A stretch of 62,942 nt of DNA, filler included, from Stramenopiles sp. TOSAG23-3 (GCA_900128585.1; 12 parts of 12 records of this genome joined end to end with filler, not necessarily neighbours in it); one strand, 5' to 3'; positions 11,527 to 22,581 are shown, counted from the first letter of the whole stretch. The notes: generated by a model from the sequence alone, not told the origin. A program made the numbers and translations.

Positions 11527-12511
11527 AACTAGATCATAAAATTAAGATATAATCTTTTGTTATTGCCATTTATAATACATCATAATAGTACATAAATTAT
11601 CATTAATATTCTATCATCCTATTTAAAGTGTGCTTAGGAAGTGCCGTCGGTCACATACTGTACAAGAACTGTATTATAATTGGAATAATTTAAAGTTAAT
11701 TGTATTTTAATTTCCTTTTATTATTTTATTATTTTGTTATATTTTGTTAGGATGGATGAGAGAAGAGGTTTTATTTTTATTTAATATTTATTTAGTCGAT
11801 CGAGTCGGTATAGCTATATGCTATTCTTATATTATTTTATTTTTTGGATTTTTTTTAATAATAATAATAATAAATAAATACCAAGTAATAAGGAAAGGAA
11901 AGGAAAGGGAATTAAGAACAAATAACTAATAAAATGAAAGCAAAAGATTTGTTCCTTAAAAAGGGATTTATGCTTTAATCTCCTCTATAATATATATATT
12001 TATAATAATAATAATTCTATTAGATTGTAAGGTCATTCATTATATCTTTTTATCTGTTAATTCGATCGATCGATCGATCTATCACTGTTCTCCGTTCTCC
12101 GTTCTCCGCCGAGCGACCGAGTGAGCAGTGAGCACCACCATCTCTTCTTCTTCCTTCTTCATCAAAAAATTATTACGACGACAAAAGAAGAAGAAGAAGA
12201 AGAAGAAGATGATGGACGAGGACAGAACGAAAGAAGAAGAAATAATTATTATTAAAATAACAAAACAACTCAACGTTATTCATTTCTTCATTCCATTCCT
12301 GTTCAAACGTGTATGTATCGATCATAGAACCTAGTAAAGTAATTTTATCCATCGTTCACATTCTTGCATATACAGTGTTTGCGTACTTAGCATTTACTCA
12401 ACAACTGGTGTTTGTGTTTGCGTGTGGTTTACTGCCTTTCTTTTCTTCTTCCCCCCCCCCCCACCCCACCCTCCCCAACTTACTTCGAACGGACTAACTA
12501 ACGACGGCGAT

Positions 12512-13312
12512 ATGAGTGGGAACGAAGACCAAAGCGAATGGCGTGCCGTGTTCACGGAAGGCCTGTGCACGATGCTGTACGTTTTCATATGCTGTGGAAT
12601 CGTTACTTCCACGGGGAACGTTACTTTTGACGAGTTGAACTCCCCGCGCCTCGTGGTCATTGCGCTGACGCAGGGGTTCTCGTACACCGTCCTGCTCTAC
12701 CTGACTCAGATCCAGGCGCGGTACGGGATCGGCTACCTGAATCCGGCGGTTACGTTGGCGATTGGCCTGACCAACAAGTCGCACGGGCGTTACCAGTGGG
12801 GGACCGTCAAGAACGGGAACGATGCGCTCCGGTGCCTGTACTTGATCGTGGCCCAGTTTGCGGGAGGCTTGCTGGGCGCCGCCCTCGTGGTGGCGACCAT
12901 CCCCAACGCGTCCGGGGGGGTTGCCGCGGTCGGCGCGCCGGACTTGAACTACGGCAGCACGGCAGGTTCGGGCTTTGCGTTTGAGGTGTTCGGGTCGTTC
13001 TTCTTGACCTGGGTTACCTTGACGAATACTTGTAGGACACGGTCGATCATCGCCAAGAACGTTTCGGCACCGATGGCCATCGGCCTCGCCATGTGCGCCA
13101 TGCAGATCTTTGCGTACCCGTTCACCGGAGCGTCCTTCAACCCCGTTCGTGCCCTCGCACCAATGATCATTAGCTGGAAATTCAATTCCAACATTGTGCT
13201 TTACCTTATTGCACCAGTGATCGGGTCCCTCTTCGGTGCCTTCGTTTACATTTTGGCGTTTACCAACACCCGTTTGGGCATTGGGTTTGACTACAGGCAG
13301 CCACCCAAGTAA
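12512..13312 (+). CDS. Aquaporin (MIP family), NPA/NPV
   Basis: RAVFTEGLCT helix 1, YLNPAVT, AQFAGGLLGA, GASFNPVRAL, PVIGSLFGA; about six TM helices; likely ATG at 12512. Confidence 0.93.
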   Translation: MSGNEDQSEWRAVFTEGLCTMLYVFICCGIVTSTGNVTFDELNSPRLVVIALTQGFSYTVLLYLTQIQARYGIGYLNPAVTLAIGLTNKSHGRYQWGTVKNGNDALRCLYLIVAQFAGGLLGAALVVATIPNASGGVAAVGAPDLNYGSTAGSGFAFEVFGSFFLTWVTLTNTCRTRSIIAKNVSAPMAIGLAMCAMQIFAYPFTGASFNPVRALAPMIISWKFNSNIVLYLIAPVIGSLFGAFVYILAFTNTRLGIGFDYRQPPK

Positions 13313-13611
13313 AGGCGCGAACGCGGAACATAGATGTGCTGGGATGACGCAGCAACAGGGGTGTCGATCGCGAGATTTCTTTTTCTCGCACGCGCGCGCA
13401 CGGGAAACTTTACACGTACACCCTATTAAAATAATACGAAAAGTAACGAAATATTATCGTACGAACGTACGGCATAACAAGTACTATAAAAATATACACA
13501 CATGCCAAAAGCTAAAATTACGCGCGTGTGTAATAAATCTGCAGAGAGCATATATGTGAAAATTTAGTATTTTATAATTTGTTTTTTTTATAAAGGTCAC
13601 ACGACCAGGTC

Positions 13612-16329
13612 TCACTGGATTTGACCCGTCACATCCTCCACCACCAGGCCACCCTCGTCGTCCTCGTCGTCCTCGTCGCCTTGGTTGGCGCTCGCCACGC
13701 CAGGGTTGACGCCTGTCCCGGACACGCTCAAGCCCGCGAGGTTGTCCAAATGGTCGTCGTACGCTTTGCTGGACGTAAAACTGAGGTTGCCCCCGGCAGG
13801 CTCGTCGTGCGGAACGACCACCACTTCCTGCTCGTCCTCCTTCGGGTCCAAGCCGATCCGCGTGACCATGTCGGCCCCCAAACTGTGAAACGCAGTCCGA
13901 ACGTTTCCCTCGAAAAGGCGCACTACGCGCATTCCGTCCGTCGAGGCCGTCGTGGTGCAGTGCACGTCCCCAGACTCGTACGATTCCGTGGACGCCGTGC
14001 TGATCGCACGGCTGTTTCGACTGTTGTGCGGTGAAAAGCCGTACTTGACGTAGCACCACTCCATCTTGTTCAGCAGCCAGTTGGCGTGGGGGGCGCCGAA
14101 CATGGTCCCGCCCTCTTCCTCGCCCATCTTCTTGCTTGAAAGCACCGAGTGCGTCGAAAACAGGCACGTTTGCTTGGAGCATGTTCGCGCTCGAAAGAAC
14201 GAGTCCCGTAGCCAACGCAGCTGGTTCTGGCACTCTATTTCTATCCCGCTCCTGTCGTGGTCCACCGGGGCGGCGGACGAGGCTGCCGCGGACGAAGCGA
14301 GCAGTTCAGGCGTGAGCTCCCCGCTCTCCGTGTCCGTCAGATCGGCCGGCGGGACCATCGACAGAAGGGCACTGTTGATCACGATAAACGAGGCGCCGCC
14401 CTTCCAGAAATGAAAATAATGCGAGCCAAAATGCTCGCGATAGCGTACCAGATGCTCCACCTTCAACGGTGCTTTCCCGTAATTCTGCTCGCTGCCCACG
14501 GAGACGACCGTGATCGAGGGGGCAAGGCCGCACATGATGCGCCGGTACCCTTGCACCTCCTGCTCGTAGACGGCCGCGTCGCCCTCGCAGGAGTGCTCGG
14601 TCAGGTCGCCGCAGCAGAGAAAGAACGTCGGTCGCGGGCGCATGGCATTCGCAGCTCGAACCAGCTGGGCGAGGCGCTTCGCGCTGGCGCCGTCCGAGGC
14701 TCCCACCCTCGGGTGCGCGACGTACACAAAAAAAAACGGGTCTTTCCAAAGCCTTTCCTCCGCGTGGGAGTAACCGAGCACGTCTCGGCCCTCTGCGCGA
14801 TGGAAGGTGGCGTCCGCCCGTGACATGTAGAACAGTCGCACGATCTCCGGGGAGCACAGGCGCCCCCGCTGCCTCAGAAAATGTTTCACTTTCCCTTGCA
14901 CGGCGCTCGACAGCTTGTGCAGCGCCGGGCGCATCCCGTCCAAGGCTGCTTTTGCGACCCCTTCCACGTACAGCTCCGTCAACGTTGGCAAAGGAGCACT
15001 GGGCCTCTCCGTCAGCCGCTCGAAATCCACGGGCTGTCCCCCCACGTCGTGTGTTCGTGCAAAAAACGGGTGCTCTTTGACCTGTTGCATGTTCCCATTC
15101 GCTCCGATGCGCTCCCCGGGCTCCCTCCTCAAAAGTTTTCGCACCAAATCGGCCCCTTCCTCGTCCACCCCGGCTGGGATGGCCAAAGGCTGGCCGTATT
15201 GCACCATCAAAAAGGTGTAATACTCGCTGGCCCCCTTGAAGGCCACCGGGCCGCAGAGCATCTGGTACAAAATGGCACCCAAAGCCCACAGGTCCGCGTT
15301 CGTGTTCAACGGCATCTTGTTCCCGACCGCCTCGGGAGACATGTACTCCGCCGTCCCGACGAACTCTGGGCCGTTCAACCGGGGGTTTATCAAATTTTTG
15401 GCCGTCCCAAAGTCGATAATAAACAGTTGCCCATTCGGCCTAACCATTATGTTTTCCGGCTTCAGGTCACGGTGAACGATTCCGTTCTTGTGCAAGTATT
15501 CCACCCCGTTTAGGATTTGCGCAAAGAAAAATTTAGCGGTGCTTGCCCGAACCCCGACTTGCTTGCTCTCAGCCTGGTCTAACATGACCGACCACAACTC
15601 CTCGACCCCCTCGGTGTACTCGAACAAATAGTACAACGCCGCCGCGTCGCTAAAGGTGTGATGCATCTTGACTATGTTGGGGTGGTTGTTCAAGCGAACC
15701 AGGACGTCCTTTTCCATCATTATCTCATTCTTAATATTTTTATGCCGCTTCTCTTTCTTCTTTACCATCATCAAACTGAGGACTTTCAACGCGTACAATT
15801 TCCCAGTCCACACGGATTTTGCGAGCACGACGCTGGAGTAATTGCCCTCCCCAAGCACCGACACGGTTTCGAAGTCCGAGCTTCGCGGTTTGGGCCCGTC
15901 CTCCACCCCGTGAATTCGCACTGCGCACCGGTGGGCCAGCAACGAGATTTCGTGGTTTTCTGGGTCAAGGTCGTACGCGGTGGACCCTGCCTCCAGCGCT
16001 CCTTCGATATCCCCCACATTTTCCAACGCTTCGGCCTTGGCCGCCCAGGCTTTCGCGTTCTTCTTGCTGATTCCCACCGCCAAGGTCGCAAAGTCTATGC
16101 ACTCCTTCCAAGAGCCCTGCTTTACATAGCACACGGACAACATCCCCGCGATTACCCCAACCCACGCCTTCAGCGCTTTCTTGCTCTCGGGGGTACTTTC
16201 AACCGCACGAATAGCGCTGCGGTACGATTCGGCAGCAAAGCCAAACGAGCCTTTCTTAAAGTAAGAATCCCCTTCTTTCTTTTTCGACGTCACCAAAGCT
16301 TTGATGCTTTTCAAATCGGTCCCCGACAT
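13612..16329 (-). CDS. TPR - PDK1-like AGC kinase - CPPED1-like metallophosphoesterase fusion
   Basis: N-terminal TPRs; kinase motifs LGEGNYS, YALKVL, HRDLKPEN, DFGTAK, FVGTAEYMSPE, DLWALG; then PFFFVYVAHP, RPTFFLCCGDL, FGSHYFHFWKGGASFIVINS, QLRWL and DGMRVVRL resembling CPPED1. Confidence 0.85.
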   Translation of the reverse strand: MSGTDLKSIKALVTSKKKEGDSYFKKGSFGFAAESYRSAIRAVESTPESKKALKAWVGVIAGMLSVCYVKQGSWKECIDFATLAVGISKKNAKAWAAKAEALENVGDIEGALEAGSTAYDLDPENHEISLLAHRCAVRIHGVEDGPKPRSSDFETVSVLGEGNYSSVVLAKSVWTGKLYALKVLSLMMVKKKEKRHKNIKNEIMMEKDVLVRLNNHPNIVKMHHTFSDAAALYYLFEYTEGVEELWSVMLDQAESKQVGVRASTAKFFFAQILNGVEYLHKNGIVHRDLKPENIMVRPNGQLFIIDFGTAKNLINPRLNGPEFVGTAEYMSPEAVGNKMPLNTNADLWALGAILYQMLCGPVAFKGASEYYTFLMVQYGQPLAIPAGVDEEGADLVRKLLRREPGERIGANGNMQQVKEHPFFARTHDVGGQPVDFERLTERPSAPLPTLTELYVEGVAKAALDGMRPALHKLSSAVQGKVKHFLRQRGRLCSPEIVRLFYMSRADATFHRAEGRDVLGYSHAEERLWKDPFFFVYVAHPRVGASDGASAKRLAQLVRAANAMRPRPTFFLCCGDLTEHSCEGDAAVYEQEVQGYRRIMCGLAPSITVVSVGSEQNYGKAPLKVEHLVRYREHFGSHYFHFWKGGASFIVINSALLSMVPPADLTDTESGELTPELLASSAAASSAAPVDHDRSGIEIECQNQLRWLRDSFFRARTCSKQTCLFSTHSVLSSKKMGEEEGGTMFGAPHANWLLNKMEWCYVKYGFSPHNSRNSRAISTASTESYESGDVHCTTTASTDGMRVVRLFEGNVRTAFHSLGADMVTRIGLDPKEDEQEVVVVPHDEPAGGNLSFTSSKAYDDHLDNLAGLSVSGTGVNPGVASANQGDEDDEDDEGGLVVEDVTGQIQ

Positions 16330-16759
16330 GGTAAAGAAACGCGTCTCGAGTGACGCACACGATCAGGCGGTGCAACCAATAACAAGAATGAATGCCAAAG
16401 AAAATAAACCTTCCCAAGTTGAAGGAACCCTTTCTGTTGTTCTTGTTGTGTGCTGTCGTTTCAAATATTCGTTTATACATTTAAGCCCAATTGAACCCAA
16501 CTGAACCCAATATCGGGAATATGCTCCAAACATCACAGATCCGCAACACCACCATCCATATCCGCAACAAACAAGAAGAAGAAGAAGATACCGGTAAGAA
16601 GAAGAAGAAGAAGAGAAAAAGAAAAAGAAAAAAAAAAAAAAGAAAAAAAACGACGGAGGGCGGTGAAGAGGCGAAGAGGCGAAGAGGACACAACAAAAAA
16701 CAAAAAAACAAACCAATTATTTTATTATGTTTGCTATTCCTATATAAAATATACTATAA

Positions 16760-16838
16760 TAGGTCTATAATACAGAGACAATTTGGTAATCGGGCTTCTT
16801 CTTCTTTTCTTTCTTCTTTCTCCGTTATTTATTATTCG
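16760..16838 (-). repeat. 79-bp terminal inverted repeat, right copy (contig 3)
   Basis: Exact reverse complement of 11296-11374. Confidence 0.95.
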
Positions 16839-17088
16839 NNNNNNNNNNNNNNNNNNNNNNNNNNNNNNNNNNNNNNNNNNNNTTAATTAATTAANNNNNN
16901 NNNNNNNNNNNNNNNNNNNNNNNNNNNNNNNNNNNNNNAATGGAAGAGGGGGGTATGGGTAGTTCCCACTGTACCATGTAGTCCTCATATACAGAGCATC
17001 TACTACGTTTGTATTCGGTTTTTTTGTTAAGTATGGATTTTCCATTTGATAGGTCCATAATCCCGGTATCCTCATCCTCCATAATCCA

Positions 17089-17192
17089 ATAATCCCATTT
17101 GGGATCTCCATCCATAATCCCATTTGGGATCTCCATCCACAATCCCATCCATCATTCCATCATTCCATCATTCCATCATTCCACCATTCCAT
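17089..17192. repeat. 25-bp tandem repeat (about 2.4 copies, internal ATCCC/GGGAT hairpin) followed by (CCATCATT)n
   Basis: ataatcccatttgggatctccatcc twice, then 4-5 octamer units. Confidence 0.9.
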
Positions 17193-17292
17193 ATTCTTAT
17201 TCCATTATATGAAATATCCCGTATGTATTAAAAACGTAAAGTAATACATAAATATCTGAAAAAAAGTATAAGAAAACAATAAAAAAACAACT

Positions 17293-20200
17293 ATGAGTAA
17301 ATATAAACGATTATCCGACGTGGAACATGTTTTAAAGCGGCCCGACACCTTTGTCGGCTCAATGGAACCGGTTCATTGGGAAACTGTCAATGGCATACGA
17401 GAGGTAGTACCGGCCTTATACAAGATCTTTGATGAAGTTCTTGTCAATGCTACAGACAACATATCGCGTGGGAAAACTAACATCATTAAGGTGGAGATAA
17501 ACGATCACGCCTTTTCTGTCTGGAACAATGGCAAATGCATTCCGGTAGTCACGCACAAGAAAGAAAAAATGTGGACACCATCGCTTGTCTTTGGCTTTCT
17601 TCGCACCAGTAACAACTACGACGACAATGAAGAACGTCTGACAGGGGGGAGGAATGGCTACGGGGCTAAATTGGCCAATATATTCTCTACTAAGTTTACT
17701 GTGAGAATACAAGACAAGAAGAAATACTTTGAGCAGGAATGGACGAACAACATGAAAGCCGGTAAACCGATTGTGCGTGACTCGTCTGGAGAAACGTACA
17801 CTTGCGTAGCATGTCACATCGATTTGCAACGGTTTGGACTAACCAAAATACCATTGGAGACACAGCATATTATGTTCCAAAGAGTATACGATTTGAAAAT
17901 GATCTATCCAGAGCTGACTATACAGTTTAGGAGGAAGATTCATGAAACTAACTTGGATTCTATGACAGCAGATTTACCAAGTGAAATCGACTACTTGTCT
18001 CGATTTATGGTACCCTTGTTTCGTCAAAAAAACAAACGTTGGAGTCTCATTGTAGGGTACCACGACGAAGGCGAATTCCAACAACAGTCCTTTGTGAATG
18101 GCATATGGACCAGAAATGGCGGCACGCATGTCAATTACATCCTTCGCCAAGTGGATGATATACTTGAGCCGGTACGGAAGAAATTGAACCTGAAAAAGTA
18201 CGAAATGCACAGAAAAATGGCTATTTTCCTTTCGTGTCAGCTTGTAAACCCATGTTTCGATTCACAGATAAAAGAATCATGTACTCTTCCGGAAAGGAAG
18301 TTTGGTTCCGAATTCAAAGTTCAAAAGCGCTTACTAGCAGATGTACAAAAATCCGAATTGATGGGATACTTCTCAGACATGGCAAAAAGCAAAGAGCAGA
18401 AGAAACTGAGCAAACAGGATGGAAAGAAACGCAAAGTCATCGATGTGCCCAAGCTGACAGACGCTTCCAAAGCTGGTACCTCGAAATCGAAAGACTGCAC
18501 TCTTATACTGACCGAAGGAGACTCTGCAAACGCATTGGCTCTCGCTGGGATGGCAGTAGTTGGCAGCAAACTGTATGGTTCGTACCCACTGAAAGGAAAA
18601 ATACTGAACGGATACACTGCCGGAGTGGACAAATGGTCTAAAAATGCGGTCATTACCGATGTGATCAAGTGTCTTGGGCTAAAACATGGCGTCAAGTACA
18701 GAGACACCAAGACGTTGCGATATGGGTCTATTCTAGTCATGGCCGATCAAGACACGGACGGATTTCACATTCGTGGACTGGTGTTCTCCTTATTTGGTTC
18801 ACACTGGCCCGAATTACTTCTTATTCCGGGCTTTATCAAAGTCATGCGCACACCATTGGTAAAAGCATTCAAAGGCAAACGAATGGTCAAAGAATTCTTC
18901 AATGAGTTAATTGCACAAGAATATATTGACACCCATCCCGAATTTCATTATAAATTTTACAAGGGACTTGGTACGAGCACCAGTGCAGAAGCCAAAGAAA
19001 TGTTTCGTCATTTGGACAAGTACACTTTTGCGATGCAGGTTGAATGTCCCGACGCCTTAAAGAAAGCCTTTGAGGACAATGATGCAGCAAAACGTTGGCG
19101 CAAAGATATTGTCACGCGACCACCGTACAATGGCGTAAACAATGATAGAGATGGAAAAAGCTATCAATCTTTCGTTAGCGGTCCATGGGTAGAACACGCG
19201 AGAGCCAGCAATGAGCGTAGTATTCCAGACATACACGATGGTCTCAAGCCTGTCCAGCGTAAGATTCTCTACACTATGATGAAAGGAAAGAACAAAGAAA
19301 TTAAAGTCGCTCAGTTGAACGGCAAGGTAGCAATGGAAACCCACTACCATCATGGCGAAATGAACGTGGGGAACGCAATTGTTAACATGGCACAGGACTT
19401 TGTTGGCTCCAACAATCTTCCATACCTACAGCCACTGGGGCAGTTCGGTACCAGACACAAAGGCGGTGCAGACCACGCATCCCACCGTTATATCTTTACA
19501 AAGCTACAACCATGGGTAAAGTACGCGTTTCCAGAAGCAGACCTTCCAGTATTAGATTACAATGTAGTCGATGGCCATACGGTAGAACCACATAATTTCG
19601 TACCAATTATACCCATGCTGTTGGTCAACGGAGCGGCTGGAATTGGGTGTGGCTGGGCCACCGATATCCCAAAGTTCAACCAGATACAGGTTATTGATGC
19701 TGTTCTCAACGGTCAATACAACATTAGCCCGTGGTACAACAATTTCATGGGAGATATACGAGACGGAAAAACATGGGCAGACTACACGATTGAGGACGCT
19801 ACCTGCACTATTTCGGAACTCCCAATTGGCGTGTGGACAAGTACATTTAAAGAAAAACTGAAAAAGTTGGACATCCGATTTACAGAGTCGCACACCGACA
19901 CTACCGTTCGGTTTGTGATTGACCGTACCAACGGGTACAAGAAATTACCCTTGTCGAACAACATCAAGCAGAACTGGGTCGCATTCTGTCATGATAGAAT
20001 TCGGAAAACCACACTTGTCGAAGTATTTCGTACACATGCAGAAGAGCGACTAGCACTTTATTCAAAGCGAAAACAATACCAATTGAATGAAATGGAGACG
20101 GACATGGTTGAAAAAAACAATCGCATGCGCTTTATCGAGCAATGCCTCGCCGGAAAAGTACCAATTACCGAAAAAACATACGACGAATGCGTTGCTGTGT

Positions 20201-20424
20201 GCGAACAACTGGGGATCGATCCGAAATATCTGGATATTCGTCTCCGGGATATTACACCGGACGCCGTTCTCTCACTGAAAGAAGGTATATTGAAATTACA
20301 AGAACGAATAACGGTACTGAAGGCCACCACCGAAAAGCAAATGTGGCAAAAAGAACTAACCGAGTTGCGAAACCATCTGGTGCCTTCCCAGAAGAGAAAG
20401 CGGGAGGAAGGGTTTGAGTCCTAA
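17293..20424 (+). CDS. TOP2: DNA topoisomerase II (type IIA), minimal viral-type, 1043 aa
   Basis: EHVLKRPDTFVGS; GHKL motifs EVLVNATDN and GGRNGYGAK; TOPRIM motifs TEGDSA, PLKGKILN, DQDTDG; YKGLGTS, DGLKPVQRK, YHHGE; catalytic RY in ASHRYIFT; no long C-terminal domain and no introns. Confidence 0.96.
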   Translation: MSKYKRLSDVEHVLKRPDTFVGSMEPVHWETVNGIREVVPALYKIFDEVLVNATDNISRGKTNIIKVEINDHAFSVWNNGKCIPVVTHKKEKMWTPSLVFGFLRTSNNYDDNEERLTGGRNGYGAKLANIFSTKFTVRIQDKKKYFEQEWTNNMKAGKPIVRDSSGETYTCVACHIDLQRFGLTKIPLETQHIMFQRVYDLKMIYPELTIQFRRKIHETNLDSMTADLPSEIDYLSRFMVPLFRQKNKRWSLIVGYHDEGEFQQQSFVNGIWTRNGGTHVNYILRQVDDILEPVRKKLNLKKYEMHRKMAIFLSCQLVNPCFDSQIKESCTLPERKFGSEFKVQKRLLADVQKSELMGYFSDMAKSKEQKKLSKQDGKKRKVIDVPKLTDASKAGTSKSKDCTLILTEGDSANALALAGMAVVGSKLYGSYPLKGKILNGYTAGVDKWSKNAVITDVIKCLGLKHGVKYRDTKTLRYGSILVMADQDTDGFHIRGLVFSLFGSHWPELLLIPGFIKVMRTPLVKAFKGKRMVKEFFNELIAQEYIDTHPEFHYKFYKGLGTSTSAEAKEMFRHLDKYTFAMQVECPDALKKAFEDNDAAKRWRKDIVTRPPYNGVNNDRDGKSYQSFVSGPWVEHARASNERSIPDIHDGLKPVQRKILYTMMKGKNKEIKVAQLNGKVAMETHYHHGEMNVGNAIVNMAQDFVGSNNLPYLQPLGQFGTRHKGGADHASHRYIFTKLQPWVKYAFPEADLPVLDYNVVDGHTVEPHNFVPIIPMLLVNGAAGIGCGWATDIPKFNQIQVIDAVLNGQYNISPWYNNFMGDIRDGKTWADYTIEDATCTISELPIGVWTSTFKEKLKKLDIRFTESHTDTTVRFVIDRTNGYKKLPLSNNIKQNWVAFCHDRIRKTTLVEVFRTHAEERLALYSKRKQYQLNEMETDMVEKNNRMRFIEQCLAGKVPITEKTYDECVAVCEQLGIDPKYLDIRLRDITPDAVLSLKEGILKLQERITVLKATTEKQMWQKELTELRNHLVPSQKRKREEGFES

Positions 20425-20471
20425 AGATTAAGAAAAAAGATGGTATATATTGTTTACCTAATACATATAAA

Positions 20472-22481
20472 ATGAGATTACTTATTCTCTTACTAAATGC
20501 TATGCATATATATACAGTTTACGCTGAAGTATGTCTTGGTACCCAACGTACTCAGGATACATTTGTTCGTACGATGTCTGCCAAGTACGGAGGCGATACA
20601 TGTACAAGTCCAACCGACTGTGAGACCAAGTGCACTGCGGGTTGCGATGGATACAGTCAAATACCATCCGGAACCGTGGTGTTGCAAGTTTGTATGATGA
20701 GTTCCCGTGGATGTAGCTTAAGCTCCGATGGGGTGGTCAACTGTTGGGGGAAAAACCAATACGGTCAAGTGGGAGACGGTACCACCACCACAAGGAGTAC
20801 ACCGGTTACAGTGACACTTGATTCGGCAGCTGTGTCAATTACATGTGGAGCCCATCACACATGTGCGCTTCTCGACACTGGTAAAGTTCAGTGTTGGGGT
20901 AGGAACAATGTGGGTCAATTAGGTATTGATTCCACTAGCACACAAAATACGCCACAAACGGTTTTGAATATTGAAGGGGTGACGCAAATAACATCTGCAC
21001 GTTACGAAAACTGTGCACTGTTTGGAACCGGGCAAGTCAAATGTTGGGGTTGGAACAATGTGGGTCAATTAGGTATCGGGTCAACGACCAGTAAAGGAGA
21101 CGGAGCAGGCGAAATGGCAGGGTTGACATTCACGGATCTGGATGGATCGGCGCGACATGTTCAATGCGGAGGACATACGGCTGGATCTCACTGCTGTGCG
21201 ATAATGACGAATAACGATTTAAAATGTTGGGGCTACAATAATGTAGGTCAATTGGGTGTCGATTCTACGGCTAACAAAGGAGACGGAGCCAACGAAATGG
21301 GTAGCAATTTACAAGTAACGATGAGCAATGTACTCAAAGTCTCCCTCGGTGAATCCACCACATGTGCAATCACAACGGGATTTACCGTACACTGCTGGGG
21401 TAGAGGGGGATACTTGGGATACGATGACACAAGTACACGAAAAACACCGGGTCCCCCGCTATTATTAGGTAAGGATGCCGTGGATATCAAAACCGGATAC
21501 CGTACCACTTGCGCACTGTTCAAGGATGGTAGCGCAAAATGTTGGGGTATGAATTGGCATGGAATGTTAGGCCAAGGTGTTTCCAATGGCGATCAAGGAG
21601 ACGGGGCGGGTGAAATGGCTGCTTTATCATTTATCAACCTTTCTGGAACGGGTAACGAAGCATGGTTAATATATCCGGGTACTTATACGACATGTGCGGT
21701 TATCGACGGAAAAGTTGCCTGTTGGGGCTTAAGTGATCAAGGTCAAGCGGGTGGGTCTGTTTGTAATTACGAATGTTATGAACCAGAGGGTAGTCAAGAT
21801 TATGGTTATGGAGCAGTAACGTACACGTATGCCTACGGTAGCAAAGTACCTATGGTAGCGGGGTTGTCCAAAGAGTTGGCAGACATTTGTGCACCATGCG
21901 TAGCGAACGAATACGTTCAACAGAGATATGAATCGGGATCGTACACGGTAGAAGCTGGTCAAACCAGTTACACTTGTAATACCTTGGCAGAATGTGAACC
22001 ACAGTGTTCAGGAGACGCGAATTGTGTTGGTTACACCGAAGACAAAGGATTGACCGCAGTGAAATTTGGAGAAGGAAGAAAGAAGGCAGAAAGCGTCCTG
22101 ATGAGCGATGGGTCAGTGCGTTGCATTGCGATCAATGGCTATTCAAACGCTTGTGGTACAGACGATGACTCGGCCGTTTATGATATTAACGATCCATCCA
22201 CATGGGCTACTACAAAACTCAGTGGACCCGCAATCGACATATCCCGCTTTGGATTAGCGAGTAATTACCATGGTGGTTGTGCGCTCATGCAAGACGGTAC
22301 ATTAGAATGTTGGGACGCAATAGGAAATTGGGGGTATTCAGATTGGACGTTTGTAACCCCGGGAACGAGTGATAGAGTTGGAAATGATGCAACTAATCCG
22401 ATGGTTTTAAAAAAGGAATTTTTAAGATATTTGAAGGAGAACTCAACGAAACCCATTGGAGATGTAGTAAAACACTTTACT
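20472..22481 (+). CDS. Secreted or surface RCC1/BLIP-II beta-propeller repeat protein with Cys-rich spacers; 3'-truncated
   Basis: Signal-like N-terminus; seven repeats of the type HTCALLDTGKVQCWGRNNVGQLG; a second propeller starts near the contig end. Confidence 0.85.
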
Positions 22482-22581
22482 NNNNNNNNNNNNNNNNNNN
22501 NNNNNNNNNNNNNNNNNNNNNNNNNTTAATTAATTAANNNNNNNNNNNNNNNNNNNNNNNNNNNNNNNNNNNNNNNNNNNN

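Noticed and set aside
16939-17148. Minus-strand partial ORFs upstream of TOP2
   Set aside because: Largely built from tandem repeats, truncated by the contig end and without recognisable features.
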